64,000 nt of DNA from Eledone cirrhosa (GCA_964016885.1 OZ024751.1:40734001-40798000), one strand, 5' to 3'; shown: positions 11,319 to 23,653, counted from the stretch's first letter. Translations and numbers: made by a program. The notes: generated from the sequence alone by a model not told the origin.

Positions 11319-12155
11319 CTCACTGTTCGCCTGCCAACTGTCAAAGCTAGTGGAAATATATGCTATTTTCTAAAATATACAGTGGATGATCGGCCTGATT
11401 TGCATATTAGCAGACTGGCTAATTTTTTTTATTATCATATATATGATTTCTACATGACTAGAACTGTTTCATTCGTTTGAAATCATTAGAAACTGATGAT
11501 TTCAATCGAATAAAGCAGTTCTAGTCCTGAGTATGTGCTTATGTCCTGTAACTTCGAGTCTCAATATTAAACAAAACAAGACAGATCGATAAAATAAGTA
11601 CCAGATATGAAAAAAATAATAATAAAAATAATAAATAGAAAAAGTACTAGTTTCAATCTGATCAACTACATCTCTTCAATGCTTTGCCCCAGCATGACCG
11701 CAATCTAACAACCACAACCGGTAAAAGAGTAAAAGATATATAAAAATTGTGATAATGTTTGTGGGGCAATCATAACATTGAAGCCGAACTAAACGGCATG
11801 ATCAGGTTAGGCAGTGCAACCTACCAAACTGCACTGGGCGACATTTCCAAACTTCCTCTGCCAATGATTGACATAGAAAATAGTTGGAGACAGGTTAAAG
11901 GAAGAAAGTAAAATAAAATTTAGAAATTAACAACACCACCTCCGCTCCCCGACCCCGAAAACAGACATAAAATGAATAACTAGGCCGTCGTTTGAAATTC
12001 TGTAATTCTAGTATTTATATATATATATATATGAATATAGACATAGAATATTCGAAAATATTCTGTATGTTTATAATAAACATTTTGAAGACCTAATCGC
12101 TATAGAATAGAATACGTCACGTATTACAATTAGATTCTCGATAAAAGCAAGGGAA

Positions 12156-12198
12156 GTAATCTACGCGTTTCATTCTCGTAAGAAATCATCAGGACTAC
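12156..12198 (-). ncRNA. Minimal type I hammerhead ribozyme (also at 12466-12508 and 12776-12818)
   Basis: Reverse complement: gtagtc-CTGATGA-tttct(tacg)agaat-GAAA-cgcg-TA-gattac. Confidence 0.88.
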
Positions 12199-13233
12199 AT
12201 ATCCAGTGCTTTTATCGAGAATGACACAGCTAGAGACTTATAGAATACTTAGCTGTGTACAGGAACTGGTTTGAAAGAGCGGTTGCCGGTCCGGCAGAAA
12301 TTAGAAATTGGAATAAATGCTCTGAAATAGCGATATATATGTGAATATAGACATAGAATATTCGAAAATATTCTGTATGTTTATAATAAACATTTTGAAG
12401 ACCTAATCGCTATAGAATAGAATACGTCACGTATTACAATTAGATTCTCGATAAAAGCAAGGGAAGTAATCTACGCGTTTCATTCTCGTAAGAAATCATC
12501 AGGACTACATATCCAGTGCTTTTATCGAGAATGACACAGCTAGAGACTTATAGAATACTTAGCTGTGTACAGGAACTGGTTTGAAAGAGCGGTTGCCGGT
12601 CCGGCAGAAATTAGAAATTGGAATAAATGCTCTGAAATAGCGATATATATGTGAATATAGACATAGAATATTCGAAAATATTCTGTATGTTTATAATAAA
12701 CATTTTGAAGACCTAATCGCTATAGAATAGAATACGTCACGTATTACAATTAGATTCTCGATAAAAGCAAGGGAAGTAATCTACGCGTTTCATTCTCGTA
12801 AGAAATCATCAGGACTACATATCCAGTGCTTTTATCGAGAATGACACAGCTAGAGACTTATAGAATACTTAGCTGTGTACAGGAACTGGTTTGAAAGAGC
12901 GGTTGCCGGTCCGGCAGAAATATGTAGTCCTGATGATTTCTAACAAGAATGAAACGCGTAGATTACTTCCCTTGCTTTTATCGAGAATCTAATTGTAATA
13001 CGTGACGTATTCTATTCTATAGCGATTAGGTCTTCAAAATGTTTATTATAAACATACAGAATATTTTCGAATATTCTATGTCTATATTCACATATATATC
13101 GCTATTTCAGAGCATTTATTCCAATTTCTAATTTCTGCCGGACCGGCAACCGCTCTTTCAAACCAGTTCCTGTACACAGCTAAGTATTCTATAAGTCTCT
13201 AGCTGTGTCATTCTCGATAAAAGCACTGGATAT

Positions 13234-13276
13234 GTAGTCCTGATGATTTCTTACGAGAATGAAACGCGTAGATTAC
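13234..13276 (+). ncRNA. Minimal type I hammerhead ribozyme (also at 12924-12966, 13544-13586 and 13854-13896)
   Basis: Stem I GUAGUC/GAUUAC, core CUGAUGA, stem II UUCU-UACG-AGAA, GAAA, palindromic stem III ACGCGU, cleavage triplet GUA. Confidence 0.88.
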
Positions 13277-14049
13277 TTCCCTTGCTTTTATCGAGAATCT
13301 AATTGTAATACGTGACGTATTCTATTCTATAGCGATTAGGTCTTCAAAATGTTTATTATAAACATACAGAATATTTTCGAATATTCTATGTCTATATTCA
13401 CATATATATCGCTATTTCAGAGCATTTATTCCAATTTCTAATTTCTGCCGGACCGGCAACCGCTCTTTCAAACCAGTTCCTGTACACAGCTAAGTATTCT
13501 ATAAGTCTCTAGCTGTGTCATTCTCGATAAAAGCACTGGATATGTAGTCCTGATGATTTCTTACGAGAATGAAACGCGTAGATTACTCCCCTTGCTTTTA
13601 TCGAGAATCTAATTGTAATACGTGACGTATTCTATTCTATAGCGATTAGGTCTTCAAAATGTTTATTATAAACATACAGAATATTTTCGAATATTCTATG
13701 TCTATATTCACATATATATCGCTATTTCAGAGCATTTATTCCAATTTCTAATTTCTGCCGGACCGGCAACCGCTCTTTCAAACCAGTTCCTGTACACAGC
13801 TAAGTATTCTATAAGTCTCTAGCTGTGTCATTCTCGATAAAAGCACTGGATATGTAGTCCTGATGATTTCTTACGAGAATGAAACGCGTAGATTACTTCC
13901 CTTGCTTTTATCGAGAATCTAATTGTAATACGTGACGTATTCTATTCTATAGCGATTAGGTCTTCAAAATGTTTATTATAAACATACAGAATATTTTCGA
14001 ATATTCTATGTCTATATTCACATATATATCGCTATTTCAGAGCATTTAT

Positions 14050-14098
<49 letters not shown>

Positions 14099-14101
<3 letters not shown>

Positions 14102-14298
14102 GAAAAAGTATGACCACGACGGCAGAGCTCAAGCCGTTTCGACGGGTATTTCTGGACTATGAGTCCAGAAATAGCCGTCGAAACGGCTTGAGCTCTGCCG
14201 TCGGGATCATACTTTTTCCTATTTCCCACTCTACTACTCTAGGTATTGAGTACTCTGGTGCCTTATGGTCCATCTGGTTCCTTACCACATTTCCTTTG

Positions 14299-14301
<3 letters not shown>
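14099..14301 (+). mobile_element. Fold-back insertion of a small element carrying the 3' half of a hammerhead (family D)
   Basis: Inverted repeat 14101-14220; GAAA-cggc-ttgagctct-gccg-TC; the same family occurs at 4272-4325, 20751-20960, 36335-36402, 59227-59273 and 59976-60102, each in (TA)n. Confidence 0.7.
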
Positions 14302-14335
<34 letters not shown>

Positions 14336-14569
14336 TAAGTTATTCGGGGTTGAATCGGAGGTAACCACAGTAAGTAAGGTACTCAATACATAGCATATAT
14401 ATATATATATACACACACACATCTATCTATATATACATATACACACATGTATACATATATATATGTACATCTATATATACATATATGTATATCTATCTAT
14501 ATATATGTATATCTTCATTTTACTCTATCGTTTCCCTTGTGTTACTTTACACGCACGCACACACACACG

Positions 14570-14729
<160 letters not shown>

Positions 14730-14789
14730 CACACAAGAAATTGAAAGGAGGTTCTGAGTATATACACAAACAAATATAAGGGTACTTAC

Positions 14790-14944
14790 GTTTCCCCATA
14801 TATAACCCAAAGTACGGCACACCACATCAGCATCATCTTTATCCCATAGGTCATCACAAATTGTTCCCCATGTCTCACCATCAGTGGTCACTTCTACACG
14901 GCCGGACCATTCATTTGGTCCATCTGCTAAGCGAAGTCTTATGT
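14790..14944 (-). CDS. SRCR gene exon 2: N-terminal half of SRCR domain 1
   Basis: Acceptor tttcag; translation [51 protein letters not shown] (classic SRCR start); donor GTAAGT, phase 0. Confidence 0.93.
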
Positions 14945-15074
14945 CTGAAATTAAATAATAAATAAATATTAAAGAATGAAAAAGAAAAGGAAGTTTACAA
15001 TTTTTGCCTTATTTTTTTTATGAAGATTAGATTTATTTATTTATTTATTTATTTTCAATTCTATACACCACGTA

Positions 15075-15385
15075 GAATATGGTGGACGAGATTGAGAGGA
15101 CTGAGGATAGATGCCTTTCTCTCCGGACAACAATTGATTCCCCTCTTTAAGTATCACTTTAGAAGGAGAATCAGAGTGGAAAGAGAGGCACTGCACCCCA
15201 GTAAATTTACTGAAAGGTGGGTGAATGTAGCGAAAATGGCCCGAGTGATTGGGCCTTCTCTGTTTATAAGCCTGTAAGTTAAAGAAGAGAGCAAAAGGAA
15301 GAAGGAGCACTTGCACAACACGCTCCTGAAATTGAGGGTTGTTCTATCGATGGGGTATTAAACAACCCATTTGAGGCGCCTCCCC
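15075..15385 (+). mobile_element. Possible 3' end of an L1/Tx1-like LINE ORF2
   Basis: IWWTRLRG...FKYHFRRRIRVERE..SKFTERW..L* has the IW..R / F..RW pattern of Tx1-like C-termini; pattern recognition only. Confidence 0.35.
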
Positions 15386-15514
15386 CCTATTAGGGATTTC
15401 GATTGTTATAATTATTTGTTTCAATATTTTTACACGACTGTATGTAAATTCCCCGGCATGTGTCTTCGTATTGTCCCCTTTTCTTGTGCGCCCTTGTGGC
15501 AAATAAAAAAATAC

Positions 15515-15556
<42 letters not shown>

Positions 15557-16675
15557 GTGCCAAAATATAGAAAACTTCATCTTTTATTTTCATTGCAATG
15601 TCATGCTAACCCTTATAGACAGAAATAATAATAATAATAATTGTTTCTACTTTTGGCACAAGGCCAGCTATTACCTCAGTGTATTACTGGTACTTTATTT
15701 TAAAGACGCCGTAAGGATGAAAGGCAAAGTTAAAATAACCTATTTCCGGAGTAATGTGACTCAGAGGGTCCTGATTTAGTTGCCGAATTATTCAAGTTTA
15801 ACGTCAAAGTCTTTTCCAAGCCCATCGGTTTGCCATTCTGGGTCCTATTCTGATTTCATTAGTGTTGACTGGAGTGACGTGAAAAGAAGTGTTCTGCTTA
15901 TGCAACCCCCCCCCCCCCAACAAAACAAAACAAAACAAACAACACAAACAAATAAAATAAAACCCCACATGACCCGGTCCAGGTATCGAACCTACGATAT
16001 TAGAATCGTAAGCTGAACTTTAATCACCAAGCTGCACGCCCTTCACCACCAGGTATTCACAAAGGATTTTCTAAAAAAAAAAAAAACCTTGGAGATGACA
16101 TAACAGCTAATGTAGAGAGATATGCCTTCTTTACAGAAGGCGTCCTGACATGTATATCAAGTAAGTAATTATCAAGTTGACAACCTAAACTGCAGCATAG
16201 AACAATCATGTTGTGTACAAGTGTCATATTAATACTGTAAGTTGGTCTTCCATAAACACTGTGAGATGTGTCTCCAAGTAAATATAGAAAGGATATGATT
16301 TTGCACAAAGGCAAATACTACAAGAACCTAATGTTTATTTTATTTATAATAATATAACGCAGTAGAAACTGGCTACGTTATTGTCTGTTTTCTCCAGAAA
16401 CTATGTGGATGTCGCTGGAATGTCAAATACAAGATACATTACACGCCAAGAGTAATCTTCCAGTACATCTGGAATAGCAACAGAAAGTATATTTTGAAGA
16501 ATGCGATGAAAGATAGACATTACATTAGAGAAAATTGCCCAGAAAATTGAAACGTAGAAAAAGAAAAAAAATGTACATACTCCTAGGTCCCGAACGAATA
16601 ATTGCTCCCTTCCTCCGATTATTAATTTTTTTAGATTTTTTTCAACCCTGTCCCTACATTTATTCCAAACGCTCG

Positions 16676-16729
<54 letters not shown>

Positions 16730-16799
16730 AGTACGTATGTATGTAGTAAGTAAGTGCCGAACTAAGAGTGAGAAATGAAATTTCGTTTCATTCTATTCC

Positions 16800-16867
<68 letters not shown>

Positions 16868-16935
16868 CTTAGAGTTTAGACTCAGAGAGGTCATTTACAA
16901 TCATTTCAGCTCTAGGAATCGCTTCTGAGCAGTAT

Positions 16936-17232
16936 AAATTAATATTTGATGAACATTTACATGTTATAGTTGCAATTGACTAATAAGATCGCTAGAGTGA
17001 AAAATCTTAATTCAACAACATAAGGTCTGCCTGTACGATCTAGAAAATAATAAATCAATACTCACAGACTCATATGGGCAAAAAGCCTTTTTGCCCATAT
17101 GAGTCTGTGAGTATTGATTTATTATTTTCTAGATCGTACAGGCAGACCTTATGTTGTTGAATTAAGATTTTTCACTCTAGCGATCTTATTAGTCAATTGC
17201 AACTATAACATGTAAATGTTCATCAAATATTA

Positions 17233-17236
<4 letters not shown>
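16936..17236. repeat. Perfect palindrome with ~150-bp arms, centre at 17086
   Basis: aaattaatatttgatgaac...catatgggcaaaaag-c-ctttttgcccatatg...gttcatcaaatattaattt; the insertion is bounded by (TA)n. Confidence 0.95.
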
Positions 17237-17270
<34 letters not shown>

Positions 17271-17273
<3 letters not shown>

Positions 17274-17383
17274 AGAGTATTGAAGTTTGCTTGAAGCATT
17301 GTGGAATAATAAGTAAATATCTTTAAGTCGTTTGGAAGCCTCGGCAATGCATTGGCGAGGCTTCCAAACGACTTAAAGATATT

Positions 17384-17386
<3 letters not shown>
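17271..17386. repeat. Short fold-back copy of the same element as 9586-10055
   Basis: Same leader aagagagtattgaagtttgcttgaagcattgtggaa.., but folds back after aatgca. Confidence 0.85.
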
Positions 17387-17459
<73 letters not shown>

Positions 17460-17869
17460 GTAAACAGAAATAACAAAACAAACGATACAGTACATGGAAG
17501 AAATATATTAGTTAAACGCTTGAAATAACAGGAAAGAATCTTATCGTCAGAAGATAGAATAAAACATAAAAATATGAAATAGAAAGATTAAAATACTTTA
17601 ATCATCGACCTCGAAAGGATGAAAGGCAAAGTGGACTTCGGCGGGATTTGAACTCAGAACATTGAACAAGTATCCAAAGCTGTAACAAATTGACCACCTT
17701 CATCACTCAAAGAAGAGAGTTAATGAAATAGAACGGAAATATGATCAACTGACACCGAGAAAAATGTGAAGATCGTTCCTAATACAACAACAACAATAAC
17801 AATAACAACAACGAATAATAGACCAGTTCAATGAGAAGGTTGTGCATGTGTACTTGAAACGAAAACACA

Positions 17870-18240
17870 GACCATAAAGGGACTAAATCACACTAAAAGC
17901 CTGACATGGAGTACCGACAAGCTTATAACTTCTCACCTTGAAGGCTACTTCCATGCAGGACAGGAGCAAGTAATCCCCATCAAGTACCTCCTATACAAAA
18001 GGCAGAAAAGCATCATCTGGCAACAAAAGTTGACTATAGGATATTGCAAAACCAAAACTCGAAGACATTAGCCGCAAAAGAATGTCTTCGAGATAGTAAT
18101 TCCCATAAGGCATGATGTGGTAACCAGAGCAATCTGGAATAGAATAAAAAATGAAAGGAATAACAAATAACCAACAAAGATTGAGATCGACGGATTAAAA
18201 GAATCGACGGATTAAAAGAATATTGGTGGAACCCTAAAAA
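17870..18240 (+). mobile_element. Decayed R4/Dong-like (RLE-type) non-LTR retrotransposon fragment
   Basis: HLEGYFHAGQEQVIPIKYL, broken zinc knuckle YCKTK-LEDIS, IRHDVVTRAIWNRIK (RHD motif), KEYWWN; flanked by (AAC/AAT)n. Confidence 0.55.
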
Positions 18241-18399
18241 CTAAAAGCAACAACAGCAAAATAAACAGCAATACAATTATTGCTTTTATCTTTCTTTTTC
18301 ATATTTATATAAACATTTGGTTCTCAAAGATTTTATCACATAAAAACTGAATATAGGGGTAGTTAAAAGTAAAGGAAATAGTGAAATAGACATTTTTCG

Positions 18400-18960
18400 A
18401 ATCCAAAGAAGGCTCCTTAGAAGTAGTTGATAGCTTTTATCTAAGTAACCTAATCAGCAGCGAAGAAGGGTTCTCCGAAAGTATAGTGGCCTAAATGGTA
18501 ATAAAAAAGGTGTAAAATGTTCTGGGAATTATTATCTCTGGAAACAAAGGGAGTATTGTGTGATTTATGTGTACGAAATGTGGTGTTACGTAGTAGTAAG
18601 ATGTGGGCCCTAGATGCAGACGATATATGAAGTCTGAAAAGACATGAATTGAACATTCTTCTTCGTTGGATGAGTAATGTTAATGAGCTTGAAATATAAA
18701 ACACAGACGAGTTGTAAGAAAAAACAAAGATGGGCGGAAGAAAAATAAGATGCAATGTGTAAAAGAGGAAGACTGTACTGGTATCGACATGCAATGTATA
18801 TGGATGATGATCGTTGAGTGAAGAAATGTCAGGAGTTTGCAAATGGAAAGAAGATGTGGCAGAGGTAAGTTGAAGTTAAAAAAACTAATATCAGAGTTCT
18901 GAACTTCACACAGGAGACGACAAACAGAAAGGAGGAACCATACACTAACATGTAAAACAC
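18400..18960 (+). mobile_element. Highly decayed RTE-clade LINE 3' fragment
   Basis: Broken translation GSLEVVDSF.YL..LISSEEGFSESIVA, CDLCVRNVVLRSSKMWALDADDI, KRHELNILLRWMSNV. Confidence 0.6.
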
Positions 18961-18976
18961 ACGTAAAAACTAATGA

Positions 18977-19398
18977 TAATAATTGTTTCTACTTTTGGCA
19001 CAAGGCCAGTAATTACCCAGTGCATTACTGGTACTTTATTTTATCGACCCCGTAAGGATGAAAGGCAAAGTTAACCTCGGCGGGATTTGAACTCAGTCCG
19101 TAAAGGGACGTAACTCTTTGCTGCAAAGCATGGCGTCCGACCCTCTACCGATTCTGCCAATGCACATAATATAATTGTTTCTACTTTTGGCAGAAGGCCA
19201 GCAATTACCCAGAGCATTACTGGTACTTTATTTTATCGACCCCGTAAGGATGAAAGGCGGGATTTGAACTCAGACCATAAAGGGCCGTAACTCTATGCGT
19301 CAAAGCATGGCGTCCAACCCTCTACCGATACTGCCAATGCACATAATATAATTGTTTCTACTTTTGGCAGAAGGCCAGCAATTACCCAGAGCATTACT
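18977..19398 (-). mobile_element. Tandem SINE family A copies (two near-complete plus one partial)
   Basis: aattgtttctacttttggca.aaggccag repeated at ~18981, 19173 and 19351. Confidence 0.9.
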
Positions 19399-19646
19399 AA
19401 TGTTACATGCTTCCATAGTTATATCAATATAATGTCACATGCTTCCATAGTTATATGCACATAATGTTACATGCTTCCATACTTATAGCAATATAATGTT
19501 ACATGCTTCCATGGTTATATTCATATAATGTTGCATGCTTCCATAGTTCTATTCACATGATGTTACATGCTTCCACAGTTATATTAATATAATATTACAT
19601 GCTTCCATAGTTCTATTCACATGATGTTACATGCTTCCATAGTTAT
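19398..19646. repeat. ~32-bp minisatellite (taatgttacatgcttccatagttatat..)
   Basis: About 8 units of catgcttcca visible. Confidence 0.9.
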
Positions 19647-20092
19647 GTGACTTAGTCTTCGGAGCTTTAATTGTTATTGATGTTCAACAATGGGATCTAT
19701 TTAGATGTAATAAAAGTATTAAACAGAACAAACAATAAGTTTTAAGTAAATTTCCACCATTATTTTTGTCATTAGAATAAGAGATAAACATACAAGGAAA
19801 GGTCAACTTTAAGGAGCCACCACCACCACCACCGCCGCCGCCAATACACCCCACACCACCTTCTCTCCCTCCTGTTAACTCCACGTGGAAAATAGAAGAG
19901 ATAATGATGTGCCAGCTAAACTTTAGAAAGAGGAAGAGTGACAACTGTCAGCCGGTTTCTCGAGGAAATGTCACAGGGAAGAAGGTTTCTATTAAAGGAC
20001 CCCGAAATATTTCTCTATAGACCAATAAGAAACTATTTAAATATCGGAACAAGAAACGAATTAAAAAGTGCAGAAAGAAGAGAGTACATCTA

Positions 20093-20293
20093 CGAAGGTT
20101 GTTTGAAAGGTTCATAGGTTGACTAAGATACTCTCATGGAATGACTAAATGAGGAGGTTTATTTTTCACAGTTCTTCCTCTCTCTCTCTCTCTCATATAT
20201 ATATATTTGTGTGGTTGATTATGCTAATTGGGAGAGGAAATAGTGTATATATCTTATCAAATGATTCTATAATTATATATACTATAATTTATA

Positions 20294-20339
<46 letters not shown>

Positions 20340-20489
20340 TATAACTTATGTCCATAGAATCATTTTATATATATATATATATACATAGTCCCTATATATA
20401 TATATAGGGACTATGTTGAAAAATAAGCCTCAGTTGGTCATTCTATGATAGTATCTTGTTCAGCCTATTAACTTTTCAGTCAACCCACA
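20093..20489. mobile_element. Tc1/mariner-type MITE with TA-rich interior
   Basis: Long imperfect terminal inverted repeats (gaaaggttcataggttgactaagatact.. / ..agtatcttgttcagcctattaacttttc); same family as 26467. Confidence 0.65.
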
Positions 20490-20495
20490 TATACA

Positions 20496-20553
<58 letters not shown>

Positions 20554-20618
20554 AGGAAAAACTTGAACCGTTAAAGTATTTTTTCTTGGTTATGTCAAAA
20601 TTTATAAAACAAACTTTG

Positions 20619-20679
20619 TATTTTATCTGATGAGAGCGTACCAAATTTTTGGTACCTTTGAAATATATATAATAGAATA
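20619..20679 (+). ncRNA. Minimal type I hammerhead, family B
   Basis: tattttat-CTGATGA-gagcgtaccaa(attt)ttggtaccttt-GAAA-tatata-TA-atagaata. Confidence 0.72.
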
Positions 20680-20991
20680 AATATGGTTTTATAAATATAG
20701 TTTCCATTTATTTAATATCATGGTATATATATATATATATATATATATATAACGAAGGAAATGTGATAAGGAACCAGGTGGACCATAACGCACCAAAGTA
20801 CTCAATACTTAGGGTAGTAGAGTGGGTAATAGGAACGAGTAGGTCCTACTCGTTCCTATATATATATATAAGAAAAATTAGGGACCCCGACGGCTGAGTT
20901 CTGGCCGTTTTAACAGCTAGATCTTACTCTACTACCCCAAGTATCGAGTACTCAGGGGAGAAATTGTATAACTGGTTTTTACCGCCTCCAT

Positions 20992-21038
<47 letters not shown>

Positions 21039-21044
21039 GACACG

Positions 21045-21092
<48 letters not shown>

Positions 21093-21131
21093 CCCACATA
21101 TATATATATAGACACACACACACTCACACAC

Positions 21132-21221
<90 letters not shown>

Positions 21222-21604
21222 GAATTTTCAGCTTATGAACTTTAAAGCCATCCCTTGTATAGTTAATAATGTTGATGCAACCAACGTTGACAATAACGAT
21301 ACAAATGCTAATGAATTTCATAATAATATTGATAAAGGTGATAATGGTAATAATGGTAATAATGTTGATGTTATTGATGTTATTGTAGAGTAAGTAGATT
21401 TTGTCGATTCAGCTTGAGTCGAAATCTATCAAAGATGAAGGCAATTAAAAGAACAAAAGAAAGCAGCCGCTTTATAAATGTAAATTTACGTTCCACATTC
21501 ATGGCAGGATAAACTTGGTCTAAGACGATTAGTTAACAAAACTCTTCTTGATACACACACAGGACATGTATATACATATATATATATATATAAATATATA
21601 TACA

Positions 21605-21621
21605 ATTACAATGTGTCTTCT

Positions 21622-21690
<69 letters not shown>

Positions 21691-21755
21691 AGTATGCATG
21701 TATACGTAAGTGCCATACTAAGAGTGAGAAATGAAATTTCGTTTTCATTTTGTTT

Positions 21756-21814
<59 letters not shown>

Positions 21815-21835
21815 CAAATACAATGTGTCTTCTTG

Positions 21836-21872
<37 letters not shown>

Positions 21873-21931
21873 CATATACTATGTCTTCTTGATATATATA
21901 TATATATATACATACATACACAATTTCTTCT

Positions 21932-21972
<41 letters not shown>

Positions 21973-21983
21973 CAATGTCTTCT

Positions 21984-22034
<51 letters not shown>

Positions 22035-22044
22035 ATGTCTTCTT

Positions 22045-22077
<33 letters not shown>

Positions 22078-22083
22078 TCTTCT

Positions 22084-22138
<55 letters not shown>

Positions 22139-22160
22139 CATACACAATGTCTTCTTGATA
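21605..22160. repeat. Compound minisatellite: caatgtcttcttg motif separated by variable (TA)n
   Basis: About 8 copies of the motif visible. Confidence 0.85.
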
Positions 22161-22488
22161 TTGACGTATGTTTGGAGCCATAACTTGTGAATTATAAAGA
22201 ATTCTATTTGAATAGACAGTCTTGTGTGATAACAATGATAGTCTCTTAGGCCACCGAGCTTCAAACAGTCTATATCATATATATTTAGGCATTATTGGAG
22301 AGATGGACCGATAGTCTCGGTTGAGTGTTGGTATATAGTTACGTCTCTTTACATCCTGAGTTCAAATCCTGCCAGGTATAAGCTTTGTTTTCGTACCCTT
22401 ACGGGATCGATTTAATTACCCCCCCCCCCCCACCCCCCCGAAAAAAATGGATTGGTGTATATATATTGGAGTATATACATATATATAA

Positions 22489-22614
<126 letters not shown>

Positions 22615-23084
22615 AATATATATACATATATATATAATATAATATGTTGAAAAGGTAACACACTAGAGAGAGATAGTGTGCCATCAATAAAGCAGGGAAA
22701 ACCACCAATGTATGGAATCTATAATCTGTGGAAGGCAGGGTAGACACAATAATTAAATATATATATATATATATATATATACATACACAGTTCAAGAGTA
22801 ACCAATCTTAAAGAGAGAGATGGAGATAGGAGAGGAGATATGAGAGGAGAGATTGGTGAATTAGTTAGAAGCCAAAGCGTAAAGGCATGTGCTCAATGTG
22901 CAATATGCAGTAGAAAGCAGCTAGGTGGGTGGGTTCATGCAGAAGTTAGGTGCGCAGAGCTGGAAATATTCATTAGTTAAGCAAAACAAAACCACAAATT
23001 TCACAAGGAAGATATTATTAAAAGATTGTCAACATATTTTAGTTTGATGTAAGGAAAGTAGAGAATAATAATAATAATATTAAT

Positions 23085-23265
23085 AATAATTGTTTCTACT
23101 CTAGGCACAAGGCCAGCAATTAACCAGTGCATTACTGGTACTTTTATTTTATCGACCCCGTAAGGATGAAAGGCAAAGTCAACCTCGGCGGGATTTGAAC
23201 TCAGATCGTAAAGGGACGTAACTATACTGGAAAGCATGGCGTCCGACCCTCTACCGATACTGCCA
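23085..23265 (-). mobile_element. SINE family A
   Basis: Matches the family consensus across its length. Confidence 0.9.
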
Positions 23266-23653
23266 AATGTCCGTTTACAATTGTTTCGCTACTCCATATA
23301 ATATTTCTTGTTATTTTAATAATATCTTCCTTGTGAAATTTGTGGTCTTACTTTGCTTAACTAATGAATATATATATATATATATATACAATATTAAATA
23401 AATGGAAACTATATTTATAAAACCATATTTATTTCATTATATATATTTCAGGGATATCATATTAACAATATGCTATGCCTTCCTCAGACAAAATACAATA
23501 TAAACAGTTTTATAGATAAATAGATTTGACATACCGTAACAACATCGACTTGTATTTGAAAAAATTGAATATACATATATATATATATATATATATGTAA
23601 ATATATATATACATATATATATATATGTATATATATACATATATATATATATG

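Larger units (their letters stand above)
12024..14055. mobile_element. Retrozyme-like tandem array: 310-bp unit with a minimal type I hammerhead; ~2.9 minus-sense then ~3.7 plus-sense copies, flanked by (TA)n
   Basis: Period 310 (acatagaata at 12041, 12351, 12661); orientation flips at ~12920/12921; seven HHR motifs; copies nearly identical; no coding capacity. Confidence 0.85.

Noticed and set aside
11225-11372. Possible extra exon in intron 2 (ttttag acceptor near 11370)
   Set aside because: No SRCR-like translation; the true second half of domain 1 is at 9121-9286; the region holds a decayed HHR motif instead.
21605-22160. Repeat-spacer pattern resembling CRISPR
   Set aside because: Spacers are just variable (TA)n, the context is eukaryotic and there are no cas genes.
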